This document shows, piece after piece, positions 57,480 to 64,000 of a stretch of DNA of 64,000 bases. The stretch comes from Candidatus Atabeyarchaeum deiterrae. Its GTDB lineage: Archaea > Asgardarchaeota > Atabeyarchaeia > Atabeyarchaeales > Atabeyarchaeaceae. The stretch lies in contig CP147780.1 of the NCBI GenBank assembly GCA_037310415.1, forward strand, positions 1,216,001 through 1,280,000, given 5' to 3'. Numbering within the stretch: position 1 is the first letter of the stretch; each line of letters starts with the position of its first letter. The notes below the pieces were generated by a model that had not been told where the DNA came from, did not search any database, and saw only the letters and a list, made by a program, of their open reading frames with translations. The translations under genes were made by a program, and so were the position numbers.

Positions 57480-57777
57480 GTCTCGCGAAAAACACTCAAC
57501 TTTGACGTTTTCAAAATCAATTTGTTTCTCTTGTTCCCACCGTACTTTCTACTTCGTAAGGAGCGAGTGAGTTACAGCAGGATGGAGTTTATGGCATAGT
57601 ATAATACTCTGAATGGAAGTGTCTCGTTGCATATGATTCGACTCGAATTCCCTATTCCTCCCTCGGTCTCGCCCCTCTCCCTCGTCTTGGAAAGCCAGCT
57701 ACTTCGTTGGTGAGAAAACTATTTTAGAGGGATAGCGGAAACTGGGTTTCAATTCATTGTAGGAGGATTGAGAAGTC

Positions 57778-58119
57778 ATGGTGTTTGATTGGTATCGACG
57801 AAGGAAGCGAGCTTTCGGCAATAAGCGAAGTTCCCACTGGGGTGATGTAAGGAAGACGTTCCTAAAAACACACGGTTCTTGCGTGGTATGCGGCTCAAAG
57901 GATCATCTTGAGGTTCACCATATAGTTCCGTTTCACATTAACCCAAGCAAAGAGTTACAGCAAAGCAACCTGATAACACTTTGCCAGTCGAAGAGTCACA
58001 ATGACCACCTGATTTTCGGTCACCTGTTAGATTTTCATGCCATGAATACGAAAGTTGTCATCGATTCGAAGAATTACCACGCGGAACTTGCGAAGCGCAA
58101 GATTGTGAAAGGAAAATAG
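57778..58119 (+). CDS. Small HNH endonuclease
   Basis: CVVCG, EVHHIVP, SNLITLC...H; AGGAGG RBS. Confidence 0.87.
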   Translation: MVFDWYRRRKRAFGNKRSSHWGDVRKTFLKTHGSCVVCGSKDHLEVHHIVPFHINPSKELQQSNLITLCQSKSHNDHLIFGHLLDFHAMNTKVVIDSKNYHAELAKRKIVKGK

Positions 58120-58361
58120 GATATTGAGGGAGGAAGCAAGGAAAAGAAGATAATATGCCTACGCAAGGGGGAAAACCAGACTCAGCACGGGTACGGAAAA
58201 AAGCATGCAAGTCTCTGAGAGGGACTCGGAACCGGTCTCTCATTCCCTTTTTCTTCTATCTACGCTCGCCAAAGAGCGCCTTGTTTTCGATCCTGAAAAA
58301 CAATGACATTATAAATATCTTAACCGTGATAGAAGATCAATGTTTCTCTAAGGTGATATAC

Positions 58362-59534
58362 ATGAGTAGCATCTTTCTGACAGATGAGGAGGTGAAGTAT
58401 CAAGTCCAGACAAGGGACTTTGTTAGGAGGGAGCTTACCGGTGTTGCCGAGGAAATTGAGAAGACAGGTCGATACCCACGTGAGGTCTTCAGAATTCTCA
58501 GACCGACGGGAAACTTGGGTAGCTTGATACCTAAGGAGTATGGCGGAGCTGACCAAGGTCCGGTAATAGCTTCACTTTTCGCTGAAGAGATGGGTGCCGT
58601 AAGCCCCGCAATAGGAATGTGTATTGGAGCCTCTTCAGTTCTCTTTACTTGGCCAATGGTGAGATTTGGCTCAAAGCAACAGAAAGCGAGGGTTCTTCCG
58701 CAAATAGCACGAGGAGAAAAAATAGGTTGCATATGTATAACTGAACCGAATGTGGGATCAGACGTGGCTGGAATGAAAACCAGCGCCAAAAAAGAAGGAG
58801 ACTACTATGTGCTGAACGGAGAAAAGCGATTCATAACTAATGGTGGAGAGGCAGACTACCTGCTCGTTTTTGCGATAACTAATCCAAAGGTTCATGCGCA
58901 TCAAGGTATGACCGCATTCTTAGTCGAGAAGACCATGCTAGGATTCAAGCACACCAAGGACTACGATCTAATGGGCAACCGAGGAGCCAAATCAGCCCAC
59001 CTGAGATTTGAAAATGTCAAGGTTCCCAAAGAGAACGTCGTTGGTCCAGAGCACGGCGGTTTCCTCGTAGTCATGGACGAACTCGACATAGAAAGAACGA
59101 TGATCGCAGGTCAGGCGATAGGTTGCGCTCGAACGCCATTCGAGGCGGCGGTCAAGTATTCAACTGAGAGAGTTCAGTTCGACCAAACCATAAGTAGGTT
59201 TGAGGGAGTAAGTTTCAAAGTCGCGGACATGGGAATGGCGATAGACGCCGCGAGGTTGCTCATGCTGAGAGCAGCCCGCATGATTGGCAAAGGACTAAGC
59301 GCTACTAAAGAAGCATCAATGGCGAAACTCTTTGCCGTAGAGACAGCCAACAGTGTGACTTATAATGCACTTCAGATACTTGGAGGAATCGGGTACACAA
59401 AAGAGCATAATGTCGAGCAATTCGCGAGAGATGCAAGACTCATGCCAATCGGAGGAGGCACATCTGAAATACTACGCTACTTGATCCAACGGGAAATCTA
59501 CAAGGAGTTCAAGGAGAAAAAGGAGAAGTCCTGA
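58362..59534 (+). CDS. Acyl-CoA dehydrogenase
   Basis: TEPNVGSD, LNGEKRFITNG, R.QF, QILGG.GY, IGGGTSEI; ATG after AGGTGA. Confidence 0.95.
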   Translation: MSSIFLTDEEVKYQVQTRDFVRRELTGVAEEIEKTGRYPREVFRILRPTGNLGSLIPKEYGGADQGPVIASLFAEEMGAVSPAIGMCIGASSVLFTWPMVRFGSKQQKARVLPQIARGEKIGCICITEPNVGSDVAGMKTSAKKEGDYYVLNGEKRFITNGGEADYLLVFAITNPKVHAHQGMTAFLVEKTMLGFKHTKDYDLMGNRGAKSAHLRFENVKVPKENVVGPEHGGFLVVMDELDIERTMIAGQAIGCARTPFEAAVKYSTERVQFDQTISRFEGVSFKVADMGMAIDAARLLMLRAARMIGKGLSATKEASMAKLFAVETANSVTYNALQILGGIGYTKEHNVEQFARDARLMPIGGGTSEILRYLIQREIYKEFKEKKEKS

Positions 59535-59651
59535 ACCTCAGCTTCATCTCTTCGAATACAGCAAGTGACGAAAACAAATGTTTTATCTACATGATGACGT
59601 AGAATACTGTACCAATAGTCCAAACTAAGAGAGAGGAGAAATGGCTGGAAT

Positions 59652-60668
59652 ATGTCCGCTAAAAAGGCAACTACGCCTGCCAAACAGGCAGAAGTAGCTC
59701 CGAAGAAACCTCCACGCAAAGTGATAATCACTTGTGCGCTCACTGGAAGCGCTGTAGGTCCAAGTCAGACCCCATATCTACCAATCACACCCGACCAACT
59801 TTCAGATGATGCCAAGGCTGCCTACAAAGCCGGTGCTTCAGTAGTTCACGTACATATCAGAGATCCCAAGACGGGAATACCATCATCTGACATGAACGTT
59901 TGGAGAGAAACGCTGACGAAGATCAAGCAGAAATGCGATGACATAATAGTGTGCACTACTACAGGTGGCGGCATGGGCATGACACCTGAGCAGAGAATAG
60001 CAGTAGTTCCAGAGTTCGAACCCGAAATGTGTAGCTTCGACGTTGAGTCAATGAATTTCTCCGTGTTCCCCTTAGCCGACCGGATAAAGGAGTGGAAGAC
60101 CAACTGGGAGAAACCCATGTTCATCTCTAGCAAAGACATGGTTTTCCGAAACACATTCAAAGACCTTGACGTCTTCGCCAAGGCGATGAAGGATCATAAG
60201 GTCAAACCCGAAATAGAGATCTATGGCACTAATGGTTTATGGAATACCGCCGCCATGCTCCGTTTCGGCTGGGTTGAATTTCCTCTTCACATCCAATACG
60301 TGCTGGGAGTACTAGGAGGAACAGGTGCTACCGTTTACGAGCTAGCTCACCTTCAAACAGAGACCGATCGAATTGCACGCCAAGCATCACTTATGATCGG
60401 AAAGAACGTAGAATATACTTGGTCGGTAATTGGAATAGGGTACCCAGCAGAGTTCTATCTTGGTGCGGCTGCGATGGCTATGGGTGGACACGTTAGAGTC
60501 GGGCTTGAGGACAACATTTTCATAAGACGCGGCGAACTCGCAAAAGGAAATGGCGAGCTTGTTGAAAAAATAGTTAAGATTGCTCACGACATAGATCTCG
60601 AGATCGCAACACCGAAAGATGTCAGAGAGATGCTTAAACTTAAAGGAATAGACAAGGTCAAGTTCTGA
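59652..60668 (+). CDS. Beta-keto acid cleavage enzyme (BKACE/DUF849, Kce-like)
   Basis: IITCALTG, HVHIRDP, TTGG and GHVRVGLEDN motifs. Confidence 0.92.
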   Translation: MSAKKATTPAKQAEVAPKKPPRKVIITCALTGSAVGPSQTPYLPITPDQLSDDAKAAYKAGASVVHVHIRDPKTGIPSSDMNVWRETLTKIKQKCDDIIVCTTTGGGMGMTPEQRIAVVPEFEPEMCSFDVESMNFSVFPLADRIKEWKTNWEKPMFISSKDMVFRNTFKDLDVFAKAMKDHKVKPEIEIYGTNGLWNTAAMLRFGWVEFPLHIQYVLGVLGGTGATVYELAHLQTETDRIARQASLMIGKNVEYTWSVIGIGYPAEFYLGAAAMAMGGHVRVGLEDNIFIRRGELAKGNGELVEKIVKIAHDIDLEIATPKDVREMLKLKGIDKVKF

Positions 60669-60792
60669 CCAGAACCGGCAATTGATGTCCAAGCATCGCG
60701 TTTTTTCTTTCGCATGGAATTGAACTCTCAAGATCACCTTCTTCCCCTTTTTTTGGGAACCTTACCTGCAATAATAGTGTCTAGATGTTTGC

Positions 60793-60837
60793 TCAGGATG
60801 TTATATTATCCTGATATAAGGAAAACATAATATTCCT
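60793..60837. promoter_or_regulatory. Tandem inverted repeats upstream of radical SAM gene
   Basis: TCAGGAT-N8-ATCCTGA and AGGAA-N9-TTCCT. Confidence 0.4.
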
Positions 60838-60920
60838 ATTTCAATTCTACATAACGAATGATAGCAGAGTCTTCTAACGCAGAAAAGTCAGCATCAGTTA
60901 TGAGTAGGGCGATTCTCTAG

Positions 60921-61745
60921 ATGGCTTCAACTAAGGAGATAATGTCCAAGTCGGTCTTAAGTGACTCGGGGATCGAACCTTTCGACTACTCGATAAGTCC
61001 GTATGTTGGTTGCTCCCATGCCTGCGTCTACTGCTACGCAAGATTCATGCTAAGATTCAGAGCAGCGTCCGAGGACAAACCGTGGGGCCAGTTTGCAGAT
61101 GCGAAGATTAACGCCCCAACCGTGTTGCTTCACGAGATACGAAGAAAACCCAAGGGACTGACTTGGCTGAGTGCTGTAACTGACCCATATCAACCCATAG
61201 AGAAAAAGTATGAGTTAACACGCAAATGCCTCGAAGTACTCGAGGCTCACAGGTTTCCAATCTGGGTACAGACAAAGTCCTCACTCGTCACCAGAGACGT
61301 TGATATCATAGCGAAGTTCCCCGATAAGGATGCCGGTTTCACGATACTCACTCTCGATGATGACCTCAGAAAAGAAATAGAGCCTGGCGCCTCACCCGTT
61401 GGCGAACGCATCTCAGCGCTTGCCCGTCTATCTGAAAAAGGAATACGCACATTTGCTTTTGTAGGTCCAATACTTCCCTTCCTATCTGACTCAGAAGATT
61501 CTCTGAGACAGCTGATGAAGGAGTTGAAGAAAGCTGGAACCGATCAGGTGCTGTTTGACCGACTGAACCTAAGGTGGGGAGTCTGGTCTTCCATGAAAAG
61601 CTTTCTTGAAAAGCGCTATCCAGCCTTGCTCCCGAAATACCAAGAAGTCATGTGGCACCACACGAACTACTTTGAAGACCTGAGTAAGTTGATCCGAAGG
61701 GTATGCAAAGATGAAAGGGTTCTGAAGTATGAGATCTGCTACTAA
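60921..61745 (+). CDS. Radical SAM protein, SPL/Rv2578c-like
   Basis: PYVGCSHACVYCYA, TDPYQP.E, TKS.LV.RD, EPGA and GPILP motifs. Confidence 0.9.
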   Translation: MASTKEIMSKSVLSDSGIEPFDYSISPYVGCSHACVYCYARFMLRFRAASEDKPWGQFADAKINAPTVLLHEIRRKPKGLTWLSAVTDPYQPIEKKYELTRKCLEVLEAHRFPIWVQTKSSLVTRDVDIIAKFPDKDAGFTILTLDDDLRKEIEPGASPVGERISALARLSEKGIRTFAFVGPILPFLSDSEDSLRQLMKELKKAGTDQVLFDRLNLRWGVWSSMKSFLEKRYPALLPKYQEVMWHHTNYFEDLSKLIRRVCKDERVLKYEICY

Positions 61746-61835
61746 GAAGGTAAACGCACAAACCGTATTCTTATATACACCTAGCAGAAATAAACTATAA
61801 GTGCTCATAGCCAGAATCAAATTCAGGTAGAAAGG

Positions 61836-62384
61836 GTGTTTATTGAATTGGGGAAGTCAAGTCGCTCTGAGGAGCCGCGATTAAGTCGCGTATTTGAATT
61901 TGCAGTATCTGTGACATTTGGTGCAGAGCTAGTATCGATTCTTGTAATCATTGGCTCACTGGTCTCCTTCTTCATTGCGAGGTCAGGTCTACTAGAAGTC
62001 ATATCGTTTGACATACAGCTATTCCTACTTCTGATAGCCACTGGAATAGGATTCCTTATTCTGATAGTATTTGCAGGATTGTTCATAAGAATGAATGAAG
62101 GTCTCAAGACAAGAATCCTAAGCGCCAGAATGTTGAAACTAGTTAGGGTGACCTCCGAGGCGAAGGCGTTCTTGGCGCTTTTCGGTTTAGCCCTGATTTT
62201 CCTTTGTTTCGCTGGTGTTTACGGGTACTACCTACTGTGGAGATACGTGCTGGTCTATTACGTGGGTGAATATCTTTCGCTGACAACGCTGTTCTTTGCT
62301 TTGGGAATAATCCTAGTGCAGATTCTTGCTCAGCTAATCATAGCGTTAGTATCAAGATTCGTATCAAGGACAGTGAAGTCGTAG
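61836..62384 (+). CDS. Four-TM hypothetical membrane protein
   Basis: Hydrophobic helices; fills the intergenic gap. Confidence 0.65.
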   Translation: MFIELGKSSRSEEPRLSRVFEFAVSVTFGAELVSILVIIGSLVSFFIARSGLLEVISFDIQLFLLLIATGIGFLILIVFAGLFIRMNEGLKTRILSARMLKLVRVTSEAKAFLALFGLALIFLCFAGVYGYYLLWRYVLVYYVGEYLSLTTLFFALGIILVQILAQLIIALVSRFVSRTVKS

Positions 62385-62448
62385 GGATCAGACGCGAAAC
62401 CGGACAGAAATAGAAGTTGCGAGGGACCTATGTCTTTCTCAGGTCTCC

Positions 62449-63663
62449 TCATTTTCCCATTTTTCTGTGCATGTATTCGCCCAACTTGTCCATCGCGTCG
62501 TTAATCATGTCGACTTGCGGCAATGTTACCGACCTAAAGTGCTTTGCGCCATATTTTTCATCGAAGCCCGACCCGTAAACAAACAGGATCCCAGTCTGCC
62601 TAAGCAAATCTATCACGAAGTCCTTGTCATCTTTCCACGTCTTCCCGTCTATCTCGACTTTCGGAAAGACGTAGAATGCGCCTCCGGGTTTCACGCAACT
62701 TATTCCAGGGATCTCATTAAGCCTCTTGACCATCGCATCCCTTCTTTTCCTTAGCTCGCCCACGAATTTCGGTATGTGGTCCTGTGGTCCACGTAGCGCC
62801 TCGGCTGCAGCATATTGGCATGGAGCGTTTGCGCTCAGCCTGATTCTGGCTTCCTTCATCAAAGCTTCTTTCAGCTCGTTTAGCTCTCCATGCGGTTGGT
62901 AGAAGTACATCCAGCCAAGCCTCCATCCAGGTGCTATGTAGATCTTGGACATTCCATTGAATCCTAAGACGGGGACGTCCTTAGCCACGGACGCAGTGCT
63001 GAACCCTTTTCTCTCGTACACAATTTGGTCATATATCTCGTCAGAGACTAGGAGCACCTTACGCTCTGCACATACGTCAACGATCTCTCTTACACTCTTT
63101 TCATCGACATGTGCACCGGTCGGATTGTTGGGGTTGATCAACACGACGCCTCTTGTTTTCTTTGTTATCTTCTTCCTAAGATCGTCTACGTCAGGTCTCC
63201 ATCCTTCTTCTTCAATGTTTCTGTAAGTGACAGGTTTACCACCATAGAACCTTGTGACCGCGAGATACTGCGGGTAAGTTGGTCCAGGGAGAAGCATTTC
63301 ATCCCCGGGCTCAATTATGGCTCCTAACAAGAAGTTGATTCCTTCAGCCGTGCCCGAAGTGACCATGACATTGTCCGGGGTTATATCGACTCCATTCAGC
63401 CTCTTCTCTCTCTCACCAACAGCTTGCCTTAGGGTGAGAACGCCTTGTGTATCTGCATAGCCGTTGTAACCTTTGCTGGTTGCTTCGAACAGTGCGCGCT
63501 TCACAAAATCAGGCGTATCAAATCCATAGGTAACGGGATCACCAATGTTGAAATAGAGAACTTTCTTACCTTGCTTCTCTACTTCCTTTGCAGCAACAAT
63601 GACATCTCTGATTGCGTACTCAATGCCCTTGGCCCTTTCAGTTATCCTAATCATGTTGATCAT
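62449..63663 (-). CDS. Class I/II PLP aminotransferase (alanine aminotransferase-like)
   Basis: EYAIRD, NIGDP, INPNNPTG, SDEIY, SK...PGWRLGW and P.GAFY motifs. Confidence 0.9.
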   Translation of the reverse strand: MINMIRITERAKGIEYAIRDVIVAAKEVEKQGKKVLYFNIGDPVTYGFDTPDFVKRALFEATSKGYNGYADTQGVLTLRQAVGEREKRLNGVDITPDNVMVTSGTAEGINFLLGAIIEPGDEMLLPGPTYPQYLAVTRFYGGKPVTYRNIEEEGWRPDVDDLRKKITKKTRGVVLINPNNPTGAHVDEKSVREIVDVCAERKVLLVSDEIYDQIVYERKGFSTASVAKDVPVLGFNGMSKIYIAPGWRLGWMYFYQPHGELNELKEALMKEARIRLSANAPCQYAAAEALRGPQDHIPKFVGELRKRRDAMVKRLNEIPGISCVKPGGAFYVFPKVEIDGKTWKDDKDFVIDLLRQTGILFVYGSGFDEKYGAKHFRSVTLPQVDMINDAMDKLGEYMHRKMGK

Positions 63664-63947
63664 CTTCCTTCCCATGCGAAATACGAGGTCATTTAGATTA
63701 GAAATCAATACTGAGCTGCAGCTAATGGGCGTAACCGTATCAACTTTCGGTTAGCATCAAGTTAAAGCTTATCCTTCTGAAAGGAGTCAACGTCGCCCAC
63801 GAATTCTTCAAGTTAACGCTAATATTGAATTAAGATTATCAATATTCTGAAGATCTTCCCACTTTAGTCTTACTTTCACGCTCACTCGGGCGTGGGTAAA
63901 GATGTGTACGAAGGAAATTTCTACGATATTCGGTAGAGGTCACAGCC

Positions 63948-64000
63948 ATGAATGGTGGCTTGAGTTGCAGCAAGGAAATTCGGCTCGGCAGGATATTTAG
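63948..64000 (+). CDS. 5' end of a gene, possibly DhnA-type class I aldolase (runs off window)
   Basis: MNGGLSCSKEIRLGRIF resembles the GK.IRL.RIF start of archaeal class I aldolases; only 17 codons visible. Confidence 0.35.
   Translation, partial: MNGGLSCSKEIRLGRIF

Noticed and set aside
58121-58198. Possible displaced 3' tail of the phosphatase after the HNH gene (LREEARKRR*YAYARGKTRLSTGTE vs IREVRKKR...YATRLKTLGTE), mirroring the LAGLIDADG case
   Set aside because: The match is short, gapped, compositionally biased and lies in a non-conserved tail; it cannot be distinguished from chance without a statistical alignment.
1-64000. Numerous antisense/overlapping ORFs in the track, and Sec/Pyl read-through
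   Set aside because: They are shadows of well-supported genes with no motifs; no gene appeared truncated at an in-frame TGA/TAG where a conserved domain continues.

Overview
This is a gene-dense archaeal chromosomal window. The evidence is an A1:U72 tRNA-Gln, TATA-like promoters, GGAGGTG ribosome-binding sites, IOR/ACD enzymes, Lrp regulators and a DUF5814-type helicase. An Asgard or Bathyarchaeia-like peptide-fermenting anaerobe is my inference only. From left to right it holds: the 3' end of dCTP deaminase; a free-standing LAGLIDADG-HTH-HTH endonuclease; housekeeping and transport genes; a GH116 glycosidase; tRNA-Gln(CUG); an iorA-iorB-acyl-CoA synthetase operon; an ~11 kb copper-resistance island with three P1B ATPases, a PadR-TRASH regulator and small metal-binding ORFs (two missed by the ORF track); two convergent DNA methyltransferases with no restriction enzyme; a nitrogen cluster (two GDHs, an FMN glutamate synthase-like protein, three Lrp/AsnC proteins); an orphan HNH; acyl-CoA dehydrogenase, BKACE, radical SAM and aminotransferase genes. 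The most striking observation is that the LAGLIDADG gene sits between the intact DUF1844 gene and a frameshifted, diverged second copy of that gene's 3' end. This is the footprint expected of an intron-less homing element that repairs its target by supplying a replacement gene tail. No CRISPR array, rRNA or transposase was seen. All family assignments come from motif recognition by eye, with no database searches.
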